DNA of 64,000 nucleotides, from positions 4,508 through 68,507 of the forward strand of contig CAVURD010000035.1 of the NCBI GenBank assembly GCA_963743785.1. The letters are read 5' to 3'. The position numbers and the translations under genes are program-made. A model generated the notes under the pieces. The model searched no databases. It had not been told where the DNA came from and saw only the letters and a list, made by a program, of their open reading frames with translations. Origin of the DNA: an uncultured Acidimicrobiaceae bacterium. Lineage in GTDB: Bacteria; Actinomycetota; Acidimicrobiia; Acidimicrobiales; RAAP-2. Numbering within the stretch: position 1 is the first letter of the stretch; every line of letters begins with the position of its first letter. Below are positions 10,038 to 21,613 of this stretch, one piece after another.

Positions 10038-10919
10038 TCAGCTCAGTGCGGCCGGCGGAAGCCGGCCCTCGGCGATGGCATCGGCCCGGGCGTGCAACAT
10101 GGCACCCGCTTCTTCGAGTCCGTGGCCGATGATGAAGTCGCCGGACTTGACGCCGCGGACGACGAAGCGGCCCAACTCGAGCAGGTCCACCACGTCGACC
10201 GGACGCCCGGCCGCTTCGAGCTGGGCCTTGAACTCGGCAAACGTGGTCCCGGGCGCCGGCGGACGCGGCTTCAGGCGGGCCAGTTGCGGTGGGCGGTTGC
10301 GCTGGGCCGTCCACAATCCCGTATCGAGCAGGCCGCCCGAGGGATAGAAGACCGCCGCTCGCAGCTGCGTGCCCGCCGCCGACAGCTGGTGGGCCAGGGC
10401 CTCGGTCAGGCAGGAGATGGCGGCCTTGCTGGAGGCGTAGACCGAGGCGTAGGGAACGGGTGCGATGCCGCCGTCCATGCTCGAGGTGTTCACCACCACC
10501 CCGGGCTGCCCCGACTCGATCATGCGCGGGACGAAGGACAGCATGCCGTTGGCCACCCCGAAGACGTTGACGCTGAAACACCATGTCCAGTCGTTGGGCT
10601 CCTGCTCCCAGGGCCTCCCGCCGCCGCCCGATGTCACGCCGGCATTGTTGAAAAGGAGGTGGCAGGCCCCCTCGGTGGCAAACACATCGTCCGCCAGGGC
10701 CTCGACGGAGGCCGCCGAGGATACGTCGGTGACCACGCCACGCACCTGGCCCAGAGGATGCAGCCCCTTGAGGGTGTCATCGAGCACCGACGCTTCCACG
10801 TCGGCGATGACCACCCGGGCGCCCTCCTCGAGCAGTGCCTCGACGATCCCCCGCCCGATGCCGGCCGCCCCGCCGGTGACTACCGCCACCTTGCCGCTCA
10901 GGTCGTCCACGCTTGCCAC
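10038..10919 (-). CDS. SDR family oxidoreductase
   Basis: LSGKVAVVTGGAAGIGRG (TGxxxGxG Rossmann motif), NNAG, and catalytic YASSK. Confidence 0.9.
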   Translation of the reverse strand: MASVDDLSGKVAVVTGGAAGIGRGIVEALLEEGARVVIADVEASVLDDTLKGLHPLGQVRGVVTDVSSAASVEALADDVFATEGACHLLFNNAGVTSGGGGRPWEQEPNDWTWCFSVNVFGVANGMLSFVPRMIESGQPGVVVNTSSMDGGIAPVPYASVYASSKAAISCLTEALAHQLSAAGTQLRAAVFYPSGGLLDTGLWTAQRNRPPQLARLKPRPPAPGTTFAEFKAQLEAAGRPVDVVDLLELGRFVVRGVKSGDFIIGHGLEEAGAMLHARADAIAEGRLPPAALS

Positions 10920-11026
10920 CCCCTGTCACCGCCCACGCCGTGCGCGCGCCACCATACCCTCAGGCCACGTGTCCTGTTACACCGTTCTAGAGACCGCCGG
11001 CGAGACGAAGCCAACGCCGCCTCGAA

Positions 11027-11526
11027 TCAGGTGGTCGGCGTGGTGATAAGGCCCGGGCAGACCTTCTGGGTGTACGTGTCGAGCGTCTTTTCCGCCGCCA
11101 GTAACTTCGGGTTCTTCGACGCCGTGGTCACCTTGGATTCGTACTGGGTCATGCTGGTCGAACTCGAAATGATGTTCTTGAGCGTCGAATCGAATTTGAG
11201 GGCGACACCGGCAGCCGACTTCACGTTGCCCGGGGCGCTCCCCAAGCGCCGACACCAGGGACTTCTCGCGCCGGCTTCCGAAGCGAAGCCCCCAGCAGAG
11301 CATGCTGCGCCGTCTTCCAGTTTCCTGACGCGATGGCCCTGCCGATGGCCGACGGGCTCAGCCTTGCCTGGGCGGCCTTGACGTCCGCCTTGTAGACCGT
11401 GCACAGCTGGTTGGCGTGCACGCCGTCAGAGGCCTTGACGCTGGCCGACGCGGTCAGCGGCGGGCCCAGTCCCAGCGCCACAGCGAGCGTGGCCACCCCG
11501 ATCCCGACCTTTGCCCTGTTCAGCAT
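11027..11526 (-). pseudogene. small secreted protein of unknown function, tandem copy 1 (reading frame broken about three times)
   Basis: Signal peptide MLNRAKVGIGVATLAVALGLGPPLTASA. Homology to copy 2 can be followed only by switching frames: ...ASGNWKTAQHALLG / GFASEAGAR / EKSLVSALG / SAPGNVKSAAGVALKFDSTLKNIISSSTSMTQYESKVTTASKNPKLLAAEKTLDTYTQKVCPGLITTPTT*. Confidence 0.6.
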
Positions 11527-11672
11527 GACCGTCCCCGCTTCCCGAATCTCAGTGTCACCGGGGTTCCCCGATGAAGTTGGGACAGCTTACGATCGGCTGG
11601 GTGAACCGTCCATGCAATCCCCCTTTTTGCCGATAAGTGCTGGCAGAGGCCTGCAATGTCCGTGACAAGGCC
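11527..11672 (-). promoter_or_regulatory. conserved 5' leader, copy 1 (candidate cis-regulatory RNA or promoter block)
   Basis: About 146 nt immediately upstream of the MLNRAK start. It aligns to 12301..12445 with about 19 differences by my hand alignment, whereas the coding regions diverge strongly after about 40 nt. Confidence 0.45.
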
Positions 11673-11764
11673 GTGGTGACGCCCTGCACCAAAACGGGCG
11701 GGGCCTGGTCACGACGCGGTCAGGTGCAACGCAGCCTGAACCTTCCGGACGCGACAACCGCCGG

Positions 11765-12300
11765 TCAGGTGGGCGGTGTGGTTGTCTTGGGAACCAACCG
11801 GGGCAGAGCTTCGCGCCGTAGGCGGTGAGGACCTTCCCCGCCGACGCCAACTTCGGGTTCGTCGAGACCGCTCGACCTGTGTGCCGAAATTCGTCAGGCT
11901 GGTCGACCGCTGGATCACGCCTTTGATGAGTGTTCTCGAACTGGAGGAACGTTCCCACCGCCGCCTTGACGTTGCTCGGCGCGCCGCTCAGGACCGACTC
12001 CAGCTTGCTTACCGTGCCCGTCTCTGAGCTATACGTCGACAAGAGGGCCTTCTGGATGGCGGGCCAATTTCCCGAGGCGTAGGCCCTGGCCAGCGCACTG
12101 CTCTGGGTGTTCGCCAATGCCGACTGCTGGTTCTTGTAGTCCCGGCACAACGCGCTGCTACTCAGGCTCGACAAGCTCGAGACCCCGGACACGCCGGACA
12201 CACTCGACACGCTGGCCGATGCTGGTGAAATGGCGGGAATCAGGGCCATCGCCATGCCGATTGTGGCTACCCCGATCCCAGCCTTTGCCCTGTTCAGCAT
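11765..12300 (-). pseudogene. small secreted protein of unknown function, tandem copy 2 (reading frame broken about three times)
   Basis: MLNRAKAGIGVATIGMAMALIPAISPASA signal peptide and a Ser-rich linker, then ...ASGNWPAIQKALLSTYSSETGTVSKLESVLSGAPSNVKAAVGTFLQFENT. Homology to copy 1 continues in other frames: LIKGVIQRSTSLTNFGTQV, then STNPKLASAGKVLTAYGAKLCPG, then LVPKTTTPPT* with the stop at 11765. Confidence 0.6.
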
Positions 12301-12445
12301 GACCGTCCCCACTTTCCCGAATCTCATTGTCACCAGGGTTTCCCGATGATTGAGACAGCTTACGATCAGCTGAGTGAACCGTCCGTGATCCCCCTATTTT
12401 TGCCAATAAGTGCTGGTAGGGGGCTGCAATGTCCGTGACAAGGTC
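12301..12445 (-). promoter_or_regulatory. conserved 5' leader, copy 2
   Basis: Counterpart of 11527..11672. It has the same GTCACGG...GGTGACA flank and the same CGGG(G/A)-CCC(C/U)G-(C/U)GGGGA tract arrangement just before the start codon. Confidence 0.45.
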
Positions 12446-12548
12446 GTGAAACCGTCGTCGCAGGCCAGAATCCGCTCGATCCACCCTCGGCCGGTCCGGA
12501 TCGAACAGGCGCCTTTCAAGCGATTTCGCGAGGCCAGGACCGCTCGCA

Positions 12549-14012
12549 CTAGACGCCTTCTTGAGCCAAGAGACGGCCCGATTTCACGGCCAGAACGAGC
12601 GCTTCGTAGTCACGCTCGTTCTGGTCGGCGTAGGCCGCGGAAAAGTCGGCAATGGCTCGGTCGAAAGCGTCGCCCTTTCCCAGGTAGGTGGCCACGGCTA
12701 TTCGATCGCCCCAGCGGGCGTGGGCGCGGGCCAGCGTCTGACCGCAAATGCGGGAGTAGAGCTCCGCCCCCGACACCAGCATGTCCTCGACCTCTGCGCT
12801 CCCCTTCCAATCATGGAGCTGGCGCACGTAGTAGTCGCGGATCGCTCCGTCGAATCCCTTGATGCGTTGCCAGCCGAGGAATGCGTCGGTGGCTCCCTGC
12901 ATGAGGCGCTGACCAGCCACGACACGTTGACCGTGATTGCTGTACTCGCTCGGGCGCGTGAAGGCCTCGAGGACCGACGGTTGCGCCTCTTTGACTTGGA
13001 GGATCAGAGGATCCGATTCGTCGCGGCCGATCAGGAGGAGGATGTGGCAACGGGTGCCGACGCTGCCGACCCCGACGACCTTGCGTGCCGCATGGACGTA
13101 GCGGAACTCCTCCAGCGGGTGGTGCTCGACCCCTAACGTGCGCCGGTACGAGGCGAGCAACTCCTTGATGAGCGTTTCGGTGTGATCCCACTCGGTGCCC
13201 GCCGGCACCAGATCCTCGATCGGCACGATGAGCGGGGGGTCGGACACGAAGCGGAGTTCGTCATCGACTCTGCCGGTCCGCCGGGTCATGACCCTGACGC
13301 TGTCGCGGGTACGCGCCTTCGCCACCATCTTTTCGGCTTGGCGGGCTTCCTTCCTTCTCAGTCGACCCCGGCGAACCTCCGACATGAACTGGTCCAGCAG
13401 TTGTCCCACCTCCAGATGGTCGGACCACGCCTCGAGGGTGCCCATGGTGGCGGTCGCACGCATGCGCTCTCGATACGCCCTGACACCCGCCATGACGACG
13501 GCTCGTCGATCGACCCGTGAGAAGCCGCGAAAGCGACCCATGACCTCGAAGCTGGCGGCCAAACGTTTGACATCCCACTCCCACGGACCGGGCAGCGTCT
13601 CATCGAAGTCGTTGATGTCAAAGATCATCCGCCGCTCCGGCGTGCCGAACACACCGAAGTTCGAGAGGTGGGCATCGCCGCAGAGCTGCACCGTCACACC
13701 CGATTGCGGCGTCGCGGCCAGGTCGGACGCCATGATCAATCCGGCGCCGCGATAGAACGTGAAGGGCGAATCGAGCATCCGCCCATAGCGGATCGGGATG
13801 AGCTCCGGCACCCGGCTGACGGCCTGTTCCTCCAGGAGGGAAATCGGGTCGGGACGATGTCTGACCGGCGGGAGGGTTCCGTGGCTGGACCTCGGCGCGT
13901 GATCGCGTGCCGACCTTCCCCGAGCCTCCCGCTCTTCGACGCTGAGGCGATCCCGCCTCCAGGCCGAGGCAAATGAACGCTCAGGCATGTGACCCGCTCG
14001 GTCTCCGACCAC
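12549..14012 (-). CDS. DUF2252 domain-containing protein
   Basis: LIPIRYGRMLDSPFTFYRGAGLIMASDLA...VQLCGDAHLSNFGVFGTPERRMIFDINDFDETLPGPWEWDVKRLAASF matches the DUF2252 signature as I know it. The true start may be the internal MPERSF. Confidence 0.85.
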   Translation of the reverse strand: MVGDRAGHMPERSFASAWRRDRLSVEEREARGRSARDHAPRSSHGTLPPVRHRPDPISLLEEQAVSRVPELIPIRYGRMLDSPFTFYRGAGLIMASDLAATPQSGVTVQLCGDAHLSNFGVFGTPERRMIFDINDFDETLPGPWEWDVKRLAASFEVMGRFRGFSRVDRRAVVMAGVRAYRERMRATATMGTLEAWSDHLEVGQLLDQFMSEVRRGRLRRKEARQAEKMVAKARTRDSVRVMTRRTGRVDDELRFVSDPPLIVPIEDLVPAGTEWDHTETLIKELLASYRRTLGVEHHPLEEFRYVHAARKVVGVGSVGTRCHILLLIGRDESDPLILQVKEAQPSVLEAFTRPSEYSNHGQRVVAGQRLMQGATDAFLGWQRIKGFDGAIRDYYVRQLHDWKGSAEVEDMLVSGAELYSRICGQTLARAHARWGDRIAVATYLGKGDAFDRAIADFSAAYADQNERDYEALVLAVKSGRLLAQEGV

Positions 14013-14137
14013 GGGCGGCGGCGATCCGGTCGGTGCTCACCAGTTCCGCAGTCTCTCCGTGTGAGCCACCCCAGCCCCCTGCCTAACCCAACCGATGGTA
14101 CTCCTCTGGAATTGTGGCGTCGGCGGTGATAGTCACT

Positions 14138-14149
14138 TGTGCAGGCACA
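14138..14149. promoter_or_regulatory. short palindrome TGTGCAGGCACA, candidate TetR operator
   Basis: 5+2+5 inverted repeat about 40 nt upstream of the TetR start at 14188. It is short, so it could occur by chance. Confidence 0.25.
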
Positions 14150-14187
14150 GCCTGCTCAACGGTTGGCCGACTCGCGCAAGGAGCCTC

Positions 14188-14806
14188 ATGTCCCAGCAAC
14201 GTCAACCAGGCGTCGACTCGGACGCGGTCTTGGATGCGGCGGCGTCGTGCTACCTGCGCTTCGGGGTGTCGAAGACCACGGCGGCGGACATCGCGCAGGA
14301 GGTGGGGATCTCCCGGGCCACGCTCTACCGTCGATTCGGCAGCCATGAGACGATCTTCCTGGCCGTGCTGACCCGCGAGTCGGCGGCCATGTCCGCCGAC
14401 GCCGAGGTACATCTGGCCGGCATTGTCGACCCGACTCGAGCGGATCCTCGAAGGCATGATGTTCTGCCTCGAGGAGATCGGTCGACGCCCGGTCCACGCC
14501 GCGGTGTTCGGCGGCGACTCGGGGGCCTGGGCGGCCACCCAGGCCATCAACATGGCGACCCTGCGTCGCATCGGCGAGGCGGGCATCCGCCCCCTCCTGG
14601 AGTCGTCCCTGGCCGACGGGTCGGTGTCGGAACGGGACATGATGGACCTGGTGGACTGGATCGTCCGGATCCTCATCTCCTACGCGGCCGTGCCCGGCAA
14701 CGGCGGCCGGCGGCCCGTCGAGGTCCGTCGCCAGCTCACCGCCTGGTTCCTGCCGGCGTTCGACCGCGTGTTCGGTGCACGGGCCACGAGCCATGTGAGA
14801 CACTGA
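14188..14806 (+). pseudogene. TetR family transcriptional regulator, frame-disrupted near 14415-14425
   Basis: RBS AAGGAG, then MSQQRQPGVDSDAVLDAAASCYLRFGVSKTTAADIAQEVGISRATLYRRFGSHETIF (HTH). The C-terminal ligand domain continues in the next frame: STRLERILEGMMFCLEEIGRRPVHAAVFGGD... Confidence 0.8.
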
Positions 14807-14842
14807 ACTCAAATTCGTCTTACGTACCGCCGGGGGTGGAGC

Positions 14843-15879
14843 ATGAAGGCCTTGCAGGTGACCGCCCACGGTCGGCCGGGGGATGTCCTGGCGGTGCGCA
14901 CCCTCGAGCGACCCGAGCCCGGACCGGGTGAGGTGCAGGATCAGGGTCGGGGCGGCCTCGTTGAACTTCAATGACATCGACCGATGTCTCGGCAAGCTGG
15001 TGTCGGTCCCCACGCCCCCGCCCTTCACGTTGGGCATGGACGTCTGCGGAGTCGTGGACGACCACGGGCGAGGGCGCCGAGCAGTGGCTGGGCAAACGGG
15101 TGGTCGCCATCACCAAGACGGCGCTGGGCGGAATTGCCGAGTTCGCCATCGCCCCCGCGGTCTCGGTCTTCGATGCGCCGGATCAGCTCGATGACGCCGA
15201 GGCCACCGCCTTCGTGCTCTCGTTCCAGACCTCGCATCTGGCGCTGTTCCGCCGCGGGCGGCTCCGCGCCGGGGAGACCCTGGTCGTGCACTCGGCGGCC
15301 AGCGGGTTGGGCACCGCCGGGATCCAACTGGGCAAGGCGGCCGGAGCACGGGTCATCGCCGTCGCCGGCGGCCCGGAGAAGGGAGCGCTGTGCGCCTCGC
15401 TCGGAGCCGACCTGGTGGTGGACCACCTCACCGAGGACTTCGTCGAAGCGGTCCTGACCGCCACTGACGATGTCGGGGCTGACGTCGTCTACGACTTGAC
15501 CGGGGGCGACTTCGCCGAACGCTCATGGCGTTGCACGGCGCGGGGTGGTCGCTACCTGGCCGTGGGGTTTGCCGACGACGAGAACAATGGGATGACCGGA
15601 CGCCCGCTGCGGATGGCCTGCATCGGCAACATCGACATCGTGGGCGTCATGGTGGCCTGGGCGGAGTCGGTCGACCCGGGCATGCGACGGTTCGGCTTCA
15701 ACCCGTTCGGGCGGGACGTGGCCGATGAGATCCACGCCGATCTGCTGCGCCTGGTGGCCGAGGGGGCGATCCGGCCCTACGTCGGACGCCGCGTGACCAT
15801 GGAAGAGGCGGGAACCGCTCTCGACGCGCACGAGGATCGGCGTTCCCTGGGTCGCACCGTGGTGGAGATAGTCCATTGA
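14843..15879 (+). pseudogene. NADPH:quinone oxidoreductase / zinc-type alcohol dehydrogenase (MDR) family, two frame breaks (~14925-14935 and ~15060-15070)
   Basis: MKALQVTAHGRPGDVLAVRTLERPEPGPGEV, then RIRVGAASLNFNDIDRCLGKLVSVPTPPPFTLGMDVCGVVDD, then GEGAEQWLGKRVVAIT...VVHSAASGLGTAGIQLGKAAGARVIAV, in three successive frames. Confidence 0.8.
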
Positions 15880-17171
15880 TCGACGTCGCCTACACCTGGC
15901 GTGACTCCGAGTTGAAGATCAAGCCGCTGCGCGCCCTGAACGGCGTGGGAGCGCAGTTGTCCCGCTTCGGGGTGGACCTCCCGTCGCTGACGCCGTCGTC
16001 CATCGTCAGGTCGGCGGTCAAGACGGCCGGCGCCGATGACCTGGGCAGCGACAGCTACCGCGAGCCACTCGAGGTGTTCCTGGCGTCGTGCACGAGCGAG
16101 GCCGATCTGACCACCTTCGGCCGGATCCTGATTTCCAAGATGCTCGCCTCGGCCCTGGCCAATCGGATCTCCCTCCATCGCTGGTCGGTGGAGCACCCCG
16201 AGGTGCGGGCCGAGCGTATCGACAGTCCGTGGATCATCGTCGGGTTGCCCCGCACCGGGACCAGCCTGCTGTCCATGTTGCTCGGGCTCGATCCGATGGC
16301 CCGCCCGCTGCTCCAATGGGAGGCCGCCCACCCCATCCCTCCGCCGACCCTGGAGGAGGCGGACCAGGACCCTCGCATCGCCCAGACCACCAAGGAGCTG
16401 GACGGGCTGATGAAGCTCAATCCCCCGCTCAAGGCCATGCACCCGTTCGGGGCCACCTTGGCCCAGGAATGCGTGTCCCTGTTCATGTACGACGTGCGGA
16501 CCCTGGCTCTCGAGACCCAGGCGCACGTGCCCACCTACGCCCGGTGGTTGGAGCAGGCCGACATGACGCCGGCCTACGCCCAGCACCGACTGGCCCTGCA
16601 GACCTTGCAGTCGCGCCAGCCCACCGAGCGATGGATCCTCAAGACCCCCAACCACCTGTGGCACCTCGAGGCGTTGCTGGCGGCCTACCCCGATGCCCGC
16701 ATCATCTGGACCCACCGCGACCCGGGACCGGTCGTCACCTCGCTGGCCAGCCTGGCCAACGCCGGGCAGCGTCCCCTGACCCGGCGAACCGACCCTCGCC
16801 CCACCGCGACGGAGTGGAAGCGCAAGTGCGCCTTCGCGCTGGGCTCGGCCGTCGCCTTCGACGAGAAGTCCGAGGACGGATGGTGCCAGCACATGCACTA
16901 CGACGCCCTGATCGACGATCCGTTGGGGACGGTCCGTCAGCTCTACCGTCACTTCGGGAGCGAAGTCAGCGGCCTCCACGCCCGGCGCATGGAGACCTTC
17001 CTCGAGCACCGGCCGAAGGACGCCTTCGGCCGCCACCGCTACGACCCGGCCGATTTCGGGTGGACCTATGCCGGCCTGGCCAAGGAGTTCGGCGACTACA
17101 TCGAGCGCTACCACATTCGATCCGAGATCAAGATTGATCAGCCGACCGGACAGACGCACGCCGGCAACTAG
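15876..17171 (+). CDS. sulfotransferase family protein
   Basis: 431-aa ORF with the PAPS 5'-phosphosulfate-binding loop WIIVGLPRTGTSLLSMLL and an actinobacterial Stf-like overall pattern. The start overlaps the preceding stop. Confidence 0.85.
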   Translation: MIDVAYTWRDSELKIKPLRALNGVGAQLSRFGVDLPSLTPSSIVRSAVKTAGADDLGSDSYREPLEVFLASCTSEADLTTFGRILISKMLASALANRISLHRWSVEHPEVRAERIDSPWIIVGLPRTGTSLLSMLLGLDPMARPLLQWEAAHPIPPPTLEEADQDPRIAQTTKELDGLMKLNPPLKAMHPFGATLAQECVSLFMYDVRTLALETQAHVPTYARWLEQADMTPAYAQHRLALQTLQSRQPTERWILKTPNHLWHLEALLAAYPDARIIWTHRDPGPVVTSLASLANAGQRPLTRRTDPRPTATEWKRKCAFALGSAVAFDEKSEDGWCQHMHYDALIDDPLGTVRQLYRHFGSEVSGLHARRMETFLEHRPKDAFGRHRYDPADFGWTYAGLAKEFGDYIERYHIRSEIKIDQPTGQTHAGN

Positions 17172-17199
17172 CCGGGTGGGAAGGGGAGGCAGGTGGCGC

Positions 17200-17295
17200 G
17201 CCATCGAGAAGCACGTCGCCGACATCTTCACGAAGTCCTACCGGTGTCCCAGTCGGGGCCGGGTCCTGGCCGAGCTGCGCTTTCTCGAGTCCTGA
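17200..17295 (+). pseudogene. remnant of a LuxR-type HTH regulator C-terminus
   Basis: AIEKHVADIFTKSYRCPSRGRVLAELRFLES* resembles the last helix and tail of LuxR/NarL-family regulators (xVEKHVxxIFxKL...RVLAVLxYL). No matching N-terminal part lies upstream. Confidence 0.4.
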
Positions 17296-17474
17296 CCGTC
17301 GTCTCGGCGGACCACCGCCGCGAGATCGCTGCGGGGTTGTCAGGCATCGACGATCGGCGGGAGTGAGTCCCGCAAGCCGTGCAGCGCTGCGGCTCGAAGA
17401 ATACGATCTCCCTGTCAGGCCGGTCGGGACCACGCCTATTGGTCCCGACGAACAGGCAGGGAGGGAGTGCGACC

Positions 17475-19697
<2,223 letters not shown>

Positions 19698-19756
19698 TGC
19701 GCCCGTTCCTGACTGACTCGGTCAACGGTGGGCATCAGTTCCAGTGAGGCTCACGT

Positions 19757-20032
19757 TCAGCCGCTGGCGATGACCTCGCGCACCTCTACGCTCTCGAGGC
19801 TTACCGCAGACTCGGGTGGCGGGACAACGGCGGCGGCGGACGCTTCCGCTTGATCCTTTGACTCGAAGACGGCAATCGACTGTCCTTCAGTGCGATCGGC
19901 GTTCGTGTGGAAGTAACTCACCACATAGCCCGCCTGAGACTTGAGCATGGGAATGACCATCGAATTCGCCTCGCCGACGGCCTCGTCAAACCGCCCCGGC
20001 GCGACGCTGACCTTGGTGATGACTGCATACAT
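19757..20032 (-). CDS. small ABM/Dabb-like protein (antibiotic biosynthesis monooxygenase-like fold, function unknown)
   Basis: Strong RBS GAGAGGAGAGGAAA before MYAVITKVSVAPGRFDEAVGEANSMVIPMLKSQAGYVVSYFH... The fold assignment rests on pattern resemblance only. Confidence 0.6.
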   Translation of the reverse strand: MYAVITKVSVAPGRFDEAVGEANSMVIPMLKSQAGYVVSYFHTNADRTEGQSIAVFESKDQAEASAAAVVPPPESAVSLESVEVREVIASG

Positions 20033-20126
20033 GGTTTCCTCTCCTCTCGCCCGGTCGTCGAACGGATCGTGCCATGGACTCAAGGGCACCGGCAAGGGGT
20101 GATCAAGCGCAGCGTGGTCGCCGCCG

Positions 20127-20870
20127 TCAGGCACCCTCAGGGGTGTCCGTGGCCGTGTGCGTCAACCTGCGCTGGTAGTCATCCGCCAGGGCGTGGAGAG
20201 CCTTCCGAGCATCGCCGTTGTACGAAGAGCCATGCATGATGGCGAGCGTCGTCGGCTCGAGGTCGGCCAGACGGCGAACCGTGGGTGCCGACTGCGGGGT
20301 GAGGCAGGACGCCCCGAACATGTCCTCGGCTTCAATGGCCGCGCCGATGAGGTCGTTGCCCGTCAGCGCCGGTCCATCCCCCACCTGGGTGAGCAGGTCA
20401 CCGCAGAACAAGGTGCCGGTGGTCTCCTCGTACAGGACGTGGGCATCCCAACCATGTGGCACGTGCGGGGTGTCGATGCTGCGGATGCGCCGACCACCGA
20501 GGTCGATGGTGCCGTCGGGCGCGATCGGGGTCGGGGGCCGGTCGGCCAGGTCGTCGATCGACACCATGCAACCGATAGCCGTATGGGCTACCTGAGCGTT
20601 GGGTGCCGCGCCGAGAAAGAGGTTCATGGCGCCGCACTCGTCGGCTTCAAGATGGCCAAACATGATGAACCGGAGCTGATCGAGCGGAATCAGCGTGGAG
20701 ATTGCCTTCGAGACATCCGGGAACATCCGACGCGGGCCGGTGTGAAAGATGGCCGGCTCGTCGGCATCAATGAGGAATTGATTGAACGTGAAGCCGGTCG
20801 GGCCGATGTCGGGCACGAACGTTGACAGGCGGTAGATGCGCTCGGCGATCTCGTCGATGCGTGTGTCCAT
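20127..20870 (-). CDS. MBL-fold metallo-hydrolase
   Basis: MDTRIDEIAERIYRLSTFVPDIGPTGFTFNQFLIDADEPAIFHTGPRRMF...FGHLEADECGAMN...IDTPHVPHGWDAH is typical of the beta-lactamase-fold, ODP-like family. Confidence 0.8.
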   Translation of the reverse strand: MDTRIDEIAERIYRLSTFVPDIGPTGFTFNQFLIDADEPAIFHTGPRRMFPDVSKAISTLIPLDQLRFIMFGHLEADECGAMNLFLGAAPNAQVAHTAIGCMVSIDDLADRPPTPIAPDGTIDLGGRRIRSIDTPHVPHGWDAHVLYEETTGTLFCGDLLTQVGDGPALTGNDLIGAAIEAEDMFGASCLTPQSAPTVRRLADLEPTTLAIMHGSSYNGDARKALHALADDYQRRLTHTATDTPEGA

Positions 20871-20880
20871 TTTCGTCTCC

Positions 20881-21613
20881 TTAGAGTGGTAGTGGGTTGC
20901 TGAGGACACCGGTGCCGGGGAGGCGACCGGACAAGGTGCGGATGAAGTCCAGGGCGTCGATCTCGACGCGCTCGCCGGACACGCCTTGGGTGAATTTTCC
21001 GCCGGCCGGACCGTCAAGCACGAGCTCGAATGGTTGTCCGTAGATACCGGCCCATTCGGCGACGATGTCGGCGACGAGACGACCGTCATGATCGGCGGTG
21101 ACCTCCATCGGGCGGGCGATGGCCGCGTGGATGTCGATCCGATGCGCCCATACATCCCGCGTGAAGCCGACGTCGAGCAGGTACTTGAGGGGCACCCATC
21201 CGAAGGGCGGCCCGAAAGGGAGGGGGATGTAGCGGGCCGGGGGCGGCGTGCGCCACCGCCCCTTGACCGCCTTCGGCCCCACCGTCCCCACCGAGCGCGA
21301 CGAGTTCGTCGTTCGACAAGTGGTTGCGCTCCCGGATCTGCAGCTCGTTCATGCCGTCGACCCAGTGGTGCGAGTCGATCTCCTTGTTGAGCGGCACGCC
21401 CCGCCGGAACTGGTGGGCGAACTCCCGGACCGACGCCTGGGCGTCACCCGAGCCCAGGACGTGCTGGACCATCGTGCGGACATCCCAGCCGGTGCAGTCG
21501 GTGGGCGTCGCCCACTCCTGCGGTGAGAGCGAGCTGACCAGATCGGCGAAGCGTGTGAACTCCACCTCGGCCAGCACTCGGGCCTCGGGACGTGTAATTC
21601 GGTTTGGCATCAT
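20881..21613 (-). pseudogene. maleylpyruvate isomerase family mycothiol-dependent enzyme (DinB-like), frame break near 21285-21295
   Basis: MMPNRITRPEARVLAEVEFTRFADLVSSLSPQEWATPTDCTGWDVRTMVQHVLG...LSNDELVAL, then GTVGPKAVKGRWRTPPPARYIPLPFGPPFGWVPLKYLLDVGFTRDVWAHRIDI... in the next frame. Confidence 0.75.

Noticed and set aside
11527-11672. Possible ydaO-type (cyclic-di-AMP) riboswitch in the conserved leaders. The + strand contains words such as CCCGAATC, GGGGTTCCCC, GACAGCTTAC and GGGTGAACC that recall ydaO core segments.
   Set aside because: These words lie on the strand opposite to the genes, and their order does not match the ydaO consensus as I remember it. I therefore report only an unidentified conserved leader. 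A cmsearch against Rfam is needed before naming it.
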